A stretch of 62,490 bases of DNA, counting the filler, from Aduncisulcus paluster (lineage: Eukaryota): NCBI GenBank assembly GCA_024181965.1. It is 5 parts of 5 records of this genome, joined end to end, with 100 filler letters (N's around TTAATTAATTAA, not from the genome) between each part and the next. Parts side by side here need not be neighbours in the genome. Positions count along the whole stretch, not along the records: positions 22,488 to 38,669 come from BQXS01012493.1; 4 more parts are not named here. One strand, given 5' to 3'. The notes beneath the pieces were generated by a model that saw nothing but the letters and a program-made list of their open reading frames with translations, made no database searches and was not told the origin of the DNA. Below, piece after piece: positions 22,532 through 34,300 of this stretch (within the stretch, counting starts at the first letter, position 1; each line of letters starts with the position of its first letter). Position numbers and translations under genes: made by a program.

Positions 22532-24967
22532 TTGTTTAATGACGTTTTAAAGCTCATTGATAAGCGATACCAAGGTATTCTTATCCTCAAAGCTGGGTAT
22601 GCTCTTGCTTTCTTCGCTAATCTATGTTTTGACCCTGCAATCACAGCAGAGATCTTTGGATGCATTAAACCTCGTCGTTTAGAACAGTGGTATGAAGTCT
22701 TTAGGAAGAACCATTGCCCATGGGGAGTTAAACTCTGGTCTCAATTGGTGTCCTCTTTCTCCAATGTGCCTCATCTCATCCCGGAGCTGTCCCCGCGTTT
22801 TGACACTATGATGGAATGGTGCAAAGATCACTGTGATGGGTGGACACAGTTCGCTGAGTTGTATTTGGACAACCTCAAGAAGAACTCTGAAGAATTGCTG
22901 AGGATTGAAACCCTTGAAGGCAAGAGAAAGGAACTATTGAAGGCAGACATTGACGCAAGAAGTGGAACAATGGTCATTGATTCGATAGTTAAAAATGGTG
23001 GGCCTAAGGAGCGAACATTGAAAATGTCCATCTCTGGTTTGTTCGATAAATCCAAGTTCTTTGCTCGTGTTGATACAAGTGCCGTTGGAGCAGTTCTGGA
23101 ACATGGACAGAAACAGTCCCATCTTCTATCTTTTATTAAGGAGAAAAATATGCTCTATTTCAAGTCTCTTCACCTCCCCTTTACTTCTGCGTCTCCCATT
23201 CGTTGTCTTCATATGTGTATTCATTCTGGACCTAAACAGCCATATTGTCTCGGTGTGACTGCTTACACTGATATTGGAGAATCTATTTTTAGAGAAGTTA
23301 TTGTTCGCCAAGTTCCTGGAACCGGACAATATTCTTGGCATTCCATCCCCATTGCCATCAGCGGTGTGATATGCATTGATATCAAATGCTTGAGTTCACT
23401 TGATTATTGCGAATGGTGCCGGATTGATTGCTTACGTATTATCAAGGAAGACCAAGACGAAGAGAAAGAGAGGGTGAGGATAGAAACGGTGCAGCGAAAG
23501 GAAGATGAAATTGAGAAAAAGAAGGCGGCAGAAGAGCAAAGGAGAAAAGACAAAGAAGAGGAGGAGAGGAAGCGTGAGGAATCATTATTGAAAATGAGTA
23601 CTACCCATATGTCCAAGAATTTACATAAATCCACACCGACAACGATTTCTTCTGCTAGTTCTTTGGAGCCTTTGTGTATTCTTGGTGCAGGTGGGTTTGG
23701 AGAAGTTCTTCTTGTAAATGTCGAGGGGTTGGAAGTTCCTTGTGTTCTGAAGAAAATGATTCAACTCGGGAACAAGGAATCTGTCCGGAGTTGTCGGAAA
23801 GAGTTCAAAGCCCAGGTGAAGTTATTTATGAATCCTCGTTGTTTCAACCGTATCCCACGTCCCATGTTCATCCTTGACCTCCTTGATGAGAACTTCAGTG
23901 GAGTTTATGGGTATTTGATGGAATATTGTGCTGGAGGAAGTGTTAATCAATTCGTTAAGAGTTGGTGTGTAAAGTCTAAGCCAGTAGATGGTGTGCCTGG
24001 AAGTGTTGAAGGTATGCCTGTCGTATCAACCGATGCGAAAGACTTGGAGGGAGAAGAAGAAGAGGACTCTGACTCTGACTCTGACTCAACACGTGAACAT
24101 GAGCAGCAGCTTCTTGATCCTGTGAAGATTGCTTCTGTGTGTGTGAATGTCATTGAGTGTCTCGATGATGTTTTCTCTGCCGATCCGTCTCTTGTGCATC
24201 GAGATATTAAACCTGATAACTTCCTTGTTCGGTATGTTCCATCGACTAAACAATGCGTGATTGTCCTTGGAGATTTGGGATTATCTCTTATTCAGGACAC
24301 CATGTCATCAACAGGATCCATATCAATTGATAGGGGTTCAATGGGGGGAGGTGATTCTCGAGGTGAAGAAGTCGAGAAGGCCATGGAAGAAGCTCGGCTG
24401 TGTGGAACTCTTGTATATAATTCATATGAAGTTCTCACTGGAGAAAGCCTTCAATCCCAAAACAGTGATGCTCATTCCCTCGGATTGACCATCTTCTCAC
24501 TTTTCTCTGGAACTCCACCTTTCTTTGGACATCCATTGTTACGTGGAGTCCATGAAACCTCTAAGTTTGTTGATATTCTCATAGATATCATGGAAAAAGG
24601 TCGAATTCCTAAATTGTCCAGCTCTCCTCTCTGGTGCGAGTTAAATTCGATGCTTGATGGGAAATATTCATCTGTTGCTGCTATATTGAGTGAAGTTTTT
24701 GGTGGTCTGACCGAGTTGAGTGTTTCAAAGCGGATGACTATCCACTCCGCTCGTGAGAAACTTGGATTAGTCAAACATCTTCTCCCCACCCTTGGCGAAG
24801 GATGGGAATGCCCAAAGATGGATGAGATTGTATCTGTATGTCAGAAGAAGTACGGACATGGTGATGGTCAGGTTGCTCTTAAACAAGAGCCAACAATAAC
24901 ACCTGGAGCTGGTGATGATAGTCTTTATGTAACTCTCGAAACTGGGTGGGATGATAGTAGAATGTAG
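22532..24967 (+). CDS. Divergent Ser/Thr protein kinase with N-terminal helical region, beta-sandwich domain and coiled coil; probably 5'-truncated by the scaffold edge
   Basis: GAGGFGEV, VLKK, HRDIKPDN, DLG (DFG variant), GTLVYNSYE (APE variant), SDAHSLG. Confidence 0.9.
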   Translation: MFNDVLKLIDKRYQGILILKAGYALAFFANLCFDPAITAEIFGCIKPRRLEQWYEVFRKNHCPWGVKLWSQLVSSFSNVPHLIPELSPRFDTMMEWCKDHCDGWTQFAELYLDNLKKNSEELLRIETLEGKRKELLKADIDARSGTMVIDSIVKNGGPKERTLKMSISGLFDKSKFFARVDTSAVGAVLEHGQKQSHLLSFIKEKNMLYFKSLHLPFTSASPIRCLHMCIHSGPKQPYCLGVTAYTDIGESIFREVIVRQVPGTGQYSWHSIPIAISGVICIDIKCLSSLDYCEWCRIDCLRIIKEDQDEEKERVRIETVQRKEDEIEKKKAAEEQRRKDKEEEERKREESLLKMSTTHMSKNLHKSTPTTISSASSLEPLCILGAGGFGEVLLVNVEGLEVPCVLKKMIQLGNKESVRSCRKEFKAQVKLFMNPRCFNRIPRPMFILDLLDENFSGVYGYLMEYCAGGSVNQFVKSWCVKSKPVDGVPGSVEGMPVVSTDAKDLEGEEEEDSDSDSDSTREHEQQLLDPVKIASVCVNVIECLDDVFSADPSLVHRDIKPDNFLVRYVPSTKQCVIVLGDLGLSLIQDTMSSTGSISIDRGSMGGGDSRGEEVEKAMEEARLCGTLVYNSYEVLTGESLQSQNSDAHSLGLTIFSLFSGTPPFFGHPLLRGVHETSKFVDILIDIMEKGRIPKLSSSPLWCELNSMLDGKYSSVAAILSEVFGGLTELSVSKRMTIHSAREKLGLVKHLLPTLGEGWECPKMDEIVSVCQKKYGHGDGQVALKQEPTITPGAGDDSLYVTLETGWDDSRM

Positions 24968-25420
24968 ATTTGATTAAATTCTAAACGGCAGGCTCTCTCA
25001 GATAAGAAAAGGAGTGCTTGCCAAACGGAACTAGGAACAAAACGTAGATTTCACTTTGTTTTATTTTTTTCCTGTATTAGATGGAGATTTTTCAGTCTTT
25101 CCGAACCTCTGTATTTTTATTTTATTGGTATTTTCATGTTCCATATTGGTATTTCCTCTGAAATCGACACGATTCACCGGAGTGAATAAAAAAAATTCTA
25201 TTGCAAATACAAAATGATTAAATTGATTTTTTTTTTGTGTGATTGTATTTTCTATCGATATTTGATATGAATCGAGGTTTATTATTTGATATAGCTCTCA
25301 TCAAAATAATGCTCGATTGTAGCCAAGAGTTTTTTTCGCGATCTTTGCTTGATAAGAAAGTATTTCTTGCCTATTTTTATCGAATCGCTATTATTATTTG
25401 CAACATAAACTCTACTTATC

Positions 25421-27334
25421 ATGACTTATTTTAAAAACTCTCAACACTCACTTTTCTCGAGCATTTCTGAGTTTTCCCTTGTTCTAATTTTTGGGGCCGG
25501 AATTACATTTCTTATCTTCCTAGGATTTGCTTTAATACTTCCAACTACTTTTTTCATGAAGTATTTTAATAATTTTTGTGGAGCCGTCTGCATTATCTCG
25601 ATTTTTTTGTTGATGATCTTCACTTCTTTCGAATCTTTTCCAATATATGTTCGGAATTTGAATGGGCACTTTCGTCGTTTTCTCTTAATTTGTGGATTTG
25701 TTGTTCTTTCGATGATTGGTGGTGCAATTTACATTTTTCTCGGAGAGGTCATTTTTCGATTTATTCACCCACAAGAATATGCTGATCAAAGTCAATTGGC
25801 TGTTGGAATTCAGGAGGGGCTAGCCTTTTTATTAATTGGTATTGACTCTGCCATTTTTCGTGGAAAATTGTGGAATGCTTTTGGAGTTAGTTCTCAGGGG
25901 TGGCCACGTGTTATGGCAACTATTGTGGGCGCTACTATCATATCTGTGTTTGTTTATGCAGGTATTCGCGATGAATTAATCTTTGGTGGTATTTTCAGTG
26001 CCGATCAGTTATTTTCCATCATATTTTCTTTTGTTCAGTCCATTATTTTCTTGAACCTCTCTGCTATATCTGTTTGGAATCGTTTGTTTTCTCGGATCGA
26101 TTCTTCTCCCGCGATTTCTCAACCTGTGTTTACCTTTTTGCTCTGTGTGTCCTTCATTATCATTGCCACATTGTGGCGAGAAGGTCTGGTTCTTCTGTTG
26201 ACCAATCTTACTGATAATTCAGTCGATCGTTATGTTCTTTTGTCTCATGTCCAAAATATCTCGACAGAATTGTATGTTCCCATGCTTCTCCTCGATAGGT
26301 CTCTTGGAGACTGGACTCTCGGGAAGTTTGTCTCGAAAGAGCCTGCATATGATCATCAAAATGATCAAAAGCCCATTGAACTCGTATCTGCCATTGGTCA
26401 AGGTTTGAATTCTGCAAAGGACGAGGAATGTCACTCCCGTTCATCCCCTGTCGAGAATCCGAGCTCTGTGGTGCGTTTTATGCCCATTGATGATGCTGCC
26501 GCCTCCGTTTCTCCCCGTTCCGGTTCCCAATGTGAGGGAGATCAAGAGGATATGAATAACTTGTCCCATTCTTCATTGACTTCTTTGGATGAGGAAGAGC
26601 GTAGTACGTTCCAATTCTCAAGGTATGTTGGAGTGCTCAATGATCCTTCTTGTCCCTCAAGAAGTGTCAAACAGAAAACAACATCCCATGGACAGCAACG
26701 TAGTATTCTAAGATCTTGGTCTTGCTCCTCTGAATTTAACCCCCCTGCTTCAATCACCTGTGGATTGCGGGATATGTATAGTTCCAAGAAGCTTTCTCAT
26801 TCTCCTGATATCGCTCAATCTCTTGCACACTCACGTTCACCCGTTGGCGATATGAATAATTTGTACCATTCTCCCTCACTTCCTATCGAGCTTAGTGTTG
26901 ATTCGTCTGTCTCTATTAGTGTTCTCGTCACATATTCTATTGTTATCACTCTAATCTCCCTGCTGTTGACCATTCCTTTCTATTTCCTCTTCCATGGTGT
27001 GGTTTATCCCATTGTCTTCCAGGAAGTTGCCCAGATTCCTTCCCAAGCTGATCTTAGCTCCGATGGTAATAATGATATATATACGGGAACTTTGCCTTTA
27101 GAGTGGGTGTATGAACCTGATTTCCCCTGGAGTTTCTTCCTTGGTGGAGTGATAGGGCTTATATATTCCATCTCTGGAATACATAATGGAACAGACGGCA
27201 GTTCTTGTAGTTCTGATGGTTCTAATTCTGGACTTTCTGAGAAAGAAGTGAAGGGGAACAATCCCATTGCCGGATTACTTCATGATTTGTTAGTTCAGAA
27301 AACATTTCATTCTTTGCCCATTGAAAGTGTCTGA
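25421..27334 (+). CDS. Multipass membrane protein (637 aa) with Ser-rich loop
   Basis: Long ORF with about 7-8 N-terminal hydrophobic segments and 2 C-terminal ones. Confidence 0.8.
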   Translation: MTYFKNSQHSLFSSISEFSLVLIFGAGITFLIFLGFALILPTTFFMKYFNNFCGAVCIISIFLLMIFTSFESFPIYVRNLNGHFRRFLLICGFVVLSMIGGAIYIFLGEVIFRFIHPQEYADQSQLAVGIQEGLAFLLIGIDSAIFRGKLWNAFGVSSQGWPRVMATIVGATIISVFVYAGIRDELIFGGIFSADQLFSIIFSFVQSIIFLNLSAISVWNRLFSRIDSSPAISQPVFTFLLCVSFIIIATLWREGLVLLLTNLTDNSVDRYVLLSHVQNISTELYVPMLLLDRSLGDWTLGKFVSKEPAYDHQNDQKPIELVSAIGQGLNSAKDEECHSRSSPVENPSSVVRFMPIDDAAASVSPRSGSQCEGDQEDMNNLSHSSLTSLDEEERSTFQFSRYVGVLNDPSCPSRSVKQKTTSHGQQRSILRSWSCSSEFNPPASITCGLRDMYSSKKLSHSPDIAQSLAHSRSPVGDMNNLYHSPSLPIELSVDSSVSISVLVTYSIVITLISLLLTIPFYFLFHGVVYPIVFQEVAQIPSQADLSSDGNNDIYTGTLPLEWVYEPDFPWSFFLGGVIGLIYSISGIHNGTDGSSCSSDGSNSGLSEKEVKGNNPIAGLLHDLLVQKTFHSLPIESV

Positions 27335-28131
27335 TTATCCTACCTTTCGTTTCAATTTATATCATATAAATGAGATGATCTCATTGCGTTAACTAGGATA
27401 ATTACCACTTTTTTTATAATTTTCGAATCTTATCTTTTTTTTTTTTTGTTTGTTTGTTTTATATTTTTTTTGGTTATCTTGCTTTTAATATTTAATATTT
27501 TTTATTCTCTTTGGTACAGAAGCGTACTACCTCTTTTACTAACGTATAAATGTTAATTCATATAAAAGTCATTTGCTGCATTCTTTTGCTCTTTTTTTCA
27601 TGTAGATATCCCACTTTTCGTGAAGTCCAACCAAATTCTTCTCTGTCATTCCGATTGATTCGAGTCGAGGATTTATGTATGTCGGACAAATGATAACATC
27701 TGCATAGCATTATTCATTTTGCTTTGTTTTGACTTATCATTGTTTCCTGATTTCCAATGGAGATATCGGGTTTGAAAGCTGTGGATCTGAAGCTTCAATT
27801 CGATGTCAATTTAATAAATCACGGCCATTTTTTTATTTTTTATGTTTTTTTAACTTAAATTATTCATCTATTTTCATTCTAAACTATTGATTTTAGGATT
27901 TATTGAGAATATTTTTCCACGGTTTTCCAAGGCTGTTTGAATAGTTATATCAATATTTTCTTGTTGTAAAATAGAGCAAATAGAAGAAAATTCAAACATT
28001 TTATATATTGGGGATACTCGCAAAGGATAGCAAATTCAATCTCATGTTTGCTATCGAATCGTATCAAAATTAATTTGAATTATCGTTAATTTTGATTATT
28101 TTCATTTTTTGTTGAATTTTTATTTATTATT

Positions 28132-29064
28132 GTGTTTTTTAGTTTGATGGACGATTCCATCACCAACAAACTTATAGCTTCCCTCGGACCAGAAGTCCGA
28201 GAGAGAAGACCTTCGTATTTTGATCAAAAACTAACTTCAATTTTGAGTATTGCTGATGATGAAGCTGGTCTTGGAGAAGAGGAGGTTTGTGAACTCGATC
28301 TTAATGGAAGCGAAAATAGTGACGATTTTGAGATTAAAGTTGAGTCTTCACATGCTTCTAAAGCTAATGATCCTAAATTATTGCCTTCTATTACTGAAGA
28401 ACGTATTTCTATTGATGAAATTGATGAAGAGTCATCCTCCCCTTCTCCCGCTGTTTCAAGAAAAGCATCTCGCTTATCAAAGTCTTCTAACATGATCCAT
28501 CTAAATCCTCAGATGCCTTCGTATTCTCCCGTTTCTATTTCAACCTCTGATGATTCCGAAGTCGATGAGCTTCTTCAAATGCGTGCCGAGGCCTCCCAGG
28601 CTTGTGTTGAGAGTAGTAGTTCGGATATGTTTGCTCCAATTTCTGTCAGCACACCGATGACAGACAGTGTATTTGATGAAGCATACGCCATGAAGAAAAC
28701 ATCGTCTCCTCCTCTCTCTCCTGGGATTATTTCCGAATGTATCACGCCTTTCATGGGTCCTGGAGATCTAAAGAGTCAAGATTTTATTATGCGGAAGAGT
28801 CCTTTGAATTTTGTTGAGACTTGGGAGAAGAAAATTGGTGATCTTGACAAGGATGGTAAAACTGGAGTTTCTCAATCTGAATCTCCACCAAAACTCCCCA
28901 CAAAGGATGATATTTCAATGAAACACGCGAAAGATAAGGGGGAAATTAGATCTCCCAAATCTAAAATTGTCGTGTTTGATGAAGGCGAGAAAATGTCAGA
29001 TGGTACTTCACCACTCCAAGAAGAACCTGAAAAGGCCAACAACAAATGTTGCAACATTATGTAA
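28132..29064 (+). CDS. Disordered Ser/acidic protein with C-terminal CaaX (CCNIM); likely ATG at 28147
   Basis: 310-aa ORF ending KCCNIM-TAA. Confidence 0.8.
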   Translation: MFFSLMDDSITNKLIASLGPEVRERRPSYFDQKLTSILSIADDEAGLGEEEVCELDLNGSENSDDFEIKVESSHASKANDPKLLPSITEERISIDEIDEESSSPSPAVSRKASRLSKSSNMIHLNPQMPSYSPVSISTSDDSEVDELLQMRAEASQACVESSSSDMFAPISVSTPMTDSVFDEAYAMKKTSSPPLSPGIISECITPFMGPGDLKSQDFIMRKSPLNFVETWEKKIGDLDKDGKTGVSQSESPPKLPTKDDISMKHAKDKGEIRSPKSKIVVFDEGEKMSDGTSPLQEEPEKANNKCCNIM

Positions 29065-29790
29065 TTTTTATTATTAAATTTTACCTTTTAATTTAATATT
29101 CTCTTTTTATTTATTCTTTTTTTTTTTTTTTTTTTTTTTTTCAAAATTCATTCTCATCTATTCTTCCTTCTTTCGCGTTTAACACTACTTCCTGGCTCAG
29201 TGCGGTACAGTACTCAGTATAATGTGATTTGATAGTAGTGGTATTACTCATTTATATCTACTCAAAATTCTCATCTGCAATCATGCCGGGATGCTTCTTT
29301 CCATATTAACAAATAAAATTTTACAACATAATCATGGTTTCATGAAAGGAATTTTATAATTTGATATATTGGCAAATCTCGGGAGTTAGGAAACCATTTT
29401 ATGTCAGGAGTGGAATAACAAGGATGGAATTCGCTACATGATCCAAAGAAAATGTATATAGAATTATATCGATTTATTCTGCAATGTTAGCATCCATTCT
29501 TATTAAATGGCGTTTGGAAGTATTTTGATTCATTTTTTTCGACTTTGAAAGAAATAGAGAAGCTATTGTATGGCGCATATCCCATTACATATATATTAAA
29601 ACATATTTTATGAGTTGTCATCTGATTATATTCACTGGTTGTGCTATTGGTAGTTTTTGTCATTTTCTCAATAATATTCACTCCTTATTTACTTTTCTCG
29701 GACTGATATCCTTGGCACATTATTATTTATTTTCAAAATATCTATATTCTGTTTGTTTGATTTTAGATTAAAACCGATATATCAATAATA

Positions 29791-30705
29791 ATGAGTTCAT
29801 CCACAGCTGTTATTCAAATTGTAAAACCAGAGTTTATTTATGAAGGAAATTGGTTTCTTTGTCCAATACCCCGCGATGCCCCCAATATTACGGATCCGGA
29901 CTTTTCATATATCAACAGCACGAGATGGAACGAGGAAGGAAGAAGGTGGATGGCATGGCTACGACCAGAGTTATCAAGCACAAAATATCATGAAAGTAGG
30001 GTATAACAGTGGACACTTTATCCATATTTCCATTCCCTTCACATCATCATCTCCACTGAAAGGTGCATATATATGTCTCCATGCTTATTCCTCTCCACCA
30101 GCTCCTTTCTATCTTATCTTCACTCTCACTTCTCTTCAATTGGTGAGAAAATAGCCAAGAAATATGAATTTCCTGTACTTCATGAAGATCATTGGTATTT
30201 TCTTCCTGTTGAACTCTCTGATGTTGTTTTGTGTGAGATTACGGGGAAATGAAGATACGAAGAGTGTTTTCTTATCTTTTTTCTCATTTTCATTCGAGAA
30301 GAAAGCCTTGAAGAAATCATATCTCGTAAATCCAGAGAGAAACTATGGTCTGAAGCTCCAGTTGTAAAACCAGAGTTTTGTTATGAAGGAGATAAAGAGT
30401 CTGAAGGTAGAGATTCCATTCCTATTCCACGTGATGATTCAACGTTTGTTTGCCCTTCAATCGTGATGGTTAAAGCCAAGAACTATTCGCTAAGAAAGGA
30501 ATCTAAGGATTATGATCAGAGTTCTAAAGCACAAAGAATGTTGAAAGGAGAATATTATGTTTATGTTTCCCATCTTTCAATCCCTTTCCCATCACCTTGT
30601 TCTATGAAAGTGAAATTACTAGGAAAGGAATGTGAAATGAGAAGACCAGTCGAAATTTCTGGATCAACTCCCTTGTATTTACCATGCCAGAGGAAACACT
30701 TGTGA
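29791..30705 (+). pseudogene. Decayed gene with tandem lineage-specific beta-sandwich (APC10/DOC-like) repeats
   Basis: Two units (VKPEF..EG..PIPRD....HISIPF.S.S..KGAYIC..HWYFLPVELSDVVLCEI) broken by stops and frameshifts. Similar to the domain preceding the kinase (HLPFTSASPIRCLHMCI...WHSIPIAISGVICIDI). Confidence 0.65.
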
Positions 30706-31325
30706 GTGAACTATTATCTCTATGCCATTGGAACATTCCAAGGATGATATCATGACGAAACTAAAGGAAACGACAACCAGGGTTTGACATCAGAAGGAGC
30801 AAAGCATCTCATCCTGAAGAATAAATTAAGAGAAACAAAATATCTCGTGTTTTTGGGGTTGTTACAAGACTACGATTCCATTCAATGACCTTCAAACTTC
30901 ACCACTTGTGCCATGAATCGATCGATTGGTTAATCAAATATAAAAAAAAGGCTGGATAATGTAATGATGGTTAACGCGAGAATATATGAGTAAAGGCAAG
31001 CATTGGAATTGATTTAATCGATATTTTCACATTTTATGAACTTTTCCAATAAGTGAATTCTATTTTTAGAAAATCTATTTTTAGAACATGAATCTTTACG
31101 TGTCCATAAAAATGGGAGAAAACCGGTAAAATATGAAATTCTCATCAATTTGACCTTAAATATCACAAAAAATACAATAAAATCTACAGATTCTGTACAT
31201 ATCTGTCCTACAGAGTGGTTAATAAAAGTTCTAGAAATTTATTATAAAAAACTTTGAAATTTCAACACATGACGTTCAATGTCCTCACCATTTGAAAAAA
31301 TGAAGACGATTGTTGATACCCAATA

Positions 31326-34300
31326 TTATTCTCCATATTTCTCAAGTTCATAAAAGAGTTTGTCTTCTTCAGTAGAATCTCCCTCTTCTTCTTCCTCTTC
31401 TTCTTCAAATTCCTTCCCTTCATCGACGAATGGCATTTGCTTGTTTGAATTAAGAAGTTCTCGGGCAGAAGCTGATCCTCTAGCGCGTGCACTATGAAGT
31501 TCAGCGATTGGTTTTAAGTTCTTTGACATATTTGGATCAAGATAATGATTTATAGAAGACTCCTCGCTCGAAGGAGACCTTGTTTTTCGCTGGGAAGGAT
31601 CACTGATGCTACTCTTACTTGCAGAACTCTCACTCAATCCTTCCTCCAAGGCCTCATCTTCCTCATTGATAGGGTGATCGTAGGATTCTTCAAGGCTCTC
31701 GAGAAGGGTCGAGTACTCCACCTCATCTTCTTCTGAATGGTATGAATCATGAGATTTCCTCTCGTCTTCTTCATTGATGAATTCACTGAGACTATCATTA
31801 CGATAGCGCCTTTCATGAGTATCCACATTTGGAGCACGTGGTTTTGAACTACTTTTGACCATAATATCTTGATCTTCTTCGTCAAATAATCCAGAATGCT
31901 TGTGAGTGAGTGCAAAATACAACGTTTCGAGGTTCGACACAGCGGAACTGAGTTTCTCAAGAATTGGTGCCACAGTGACCTTTTCACAGAGCTCGACAAC
32001 TAGGTTCAGCACTTTTTCCTCCTCTCGAATAATTTCAAGGGGAATGGTACCTCTGTTGACGAGAACCCTGTCTTTGCTGGAGTCAAGACAATTCACAACC
32101 GTACTCTGATCAAGGCTCATCTCAAGGGAAGCCAAGGAGAATCGGGTCAAAGGAATCTTGGCTGCAGACGAGAGATCACAGCCACCAAGAGAGGGAGAAC
32201 CAATTGTTTTGGCGCTACTCTTCCCTTTCTTTCCTTTCTCCTTCGAGGATTTGAATTTCCCAAGGAATGTACTGTCATCTTCACACACATCACGTTCGAA
32301 CGGATAGTAACCAATAACTTTTCTTGGAAGGGCAAGAATTCCCATCACAAGAGGTCTTGAAGCACTGTGCACCTTCTCGCCACCAACACAACTCCAACAC
32401 CTTTGAGTGTCAACATCACCTTCGTTCCACCGGTTGGCAAACAAATCCTTCATGAGATGCATGGGAGAAACGAAAGGTGTGGCAAGAACAGATGGAGTCG
32501 AGAAGGCAGAGAAACAATCAACCTGGGGTTTGACTGTCAAAGATGGAACAAAGGAGGTTATTGGTGTTTCTTCTGACTCTTCATCACAGGTAATGCAACT
32601 CATCTCTCCTTTAATGGCATTTCTGAATATGGGTATCTTCATAGAAATACTAATTAACAACAATGGAGTAGGAACAGTGAATGGAGGTGGATTAGCAAAC
32701 TTAATTCCTTGATTAGCAGATTCAATCCCGCCAGAAACATGGGAAACAAAGGTATTGTTGGCCTCAGACACTACCAAATGCCCACATTCGGGTCCAAATG
32801 GAGTGATATATGGACATGGGAACATGATTGAGTTGAAACCAATGATACGGCTTGAATATTTCTGGATTTGGCTTGAATATGTGTGTTTCATCTTATCCTT
32901 ACACATGCAAACAACTGTTCTCCGAGAACAGAACAAACTACAAAGGAGTCTCATGACATTAGCATCGATAATCGAGGATGCTTCGGCTTGCATCGAAAGA
33001 CAGGCAATGTGCTCAGGCTTAAAGATGATTGTAGCAAGTTGACGTGTCAACTGCAACACATCCAACGAACCTTGGTGGTGTTTTGTTTGTTCAACAGTGG
33101 CCTTTTGAACATTCTCATTTTGTACAAATGAGAAAGAACGTTGCAACTTCTGTGTTGATGCTCCGGGAATGGATAATAACGATTTTCCTTTCTTCATAGA
33201 CTTTTTCGGATTATTGACACTGAAATCAAACCCTTGTTGCATAAATGGCATCAATTTAAACACTCCATGATCCGGCATGGTGATTTCTTTCAGTATTTCG
33301 ACGGGAAGCTTGAATCCACTCTCCAAAACAACAGGGATGATGGCATTGTTAATAGTCAAACACCACTCAACGAGAGAAAGTGAGCTAAGAGTTGAGAAAG
33401 CAAGAGCACCGACAATACTCAGACCAATAGAACATGACAAGACTCGGTCAATGTTGCTCTGCTCTTCTTCCCAAGCTTTTCGGAGTTTGTTAACGCTCTT
33501 TGTGACCAATTTTGCTCGAGATATTTTTTCTTCCATATCAGTGAGGTGAGTAGATTTCTCCCGAAGATTTCCAACAGCTTTTGTGTACTCATTTCGACTG
33601 ACTCTTAGACTCTCGCTCAATTCACCAAGACGGAGTTTTGCAGCGTTAATCCTCGTATTCAGAGTAACTTTTTGTGTTTCAAGATCACTTCTCCTCTGCT
33701 TTTGAGGTGATATTTGAGTCAATCTCTTGAAGCTCTCTATCAAAAGAATCAGAAAGTTGAATATTTTAGAGTGATAAGCGGACATATTATCGACCATGTG
33801 AAGAGGAATCTTAAATACTTTCTGGTTGCACACAACATCGAAGTCTTTAGAGGAATCATCATCAGAATCAGGTCCAGATCCTGGAATCTTTGAGGAATCT
33901 TTGCCTTGGTCTTCAGAGGAAGATGTCAATTCGGAAATGACTTTTCCAAGCAATGGTTTTGCTGATGTGGGAGTGCGAACACCTCTGTGAGACACCATAC
34001 GAGAAGAACGGATTCCGCGACGTGTTGTAGGTTTTTCTGGTTCAGGTTCTTTGTGAGGGATAACAAGAGCAAGACTGTTATCAAGGAGAAGGCGAAGTGC
34101 ATCAGAAGCTGTCATTCGAGCCTGGAATTGGAACTCGGTGGATGCCTTGGGTTTTGTTGTCCGACTTGTCATGGTTCGAGANNNNNNNNNNNNNNNNNNN
34201 NCGGAAATGACTTTTCCAAGCAATGGTTTTGCTGATGTGGGAGTGCGAACACCTCTGTGAGACACCATACGAGAAGAACGGATTCCGCGACGTGTTGTAG

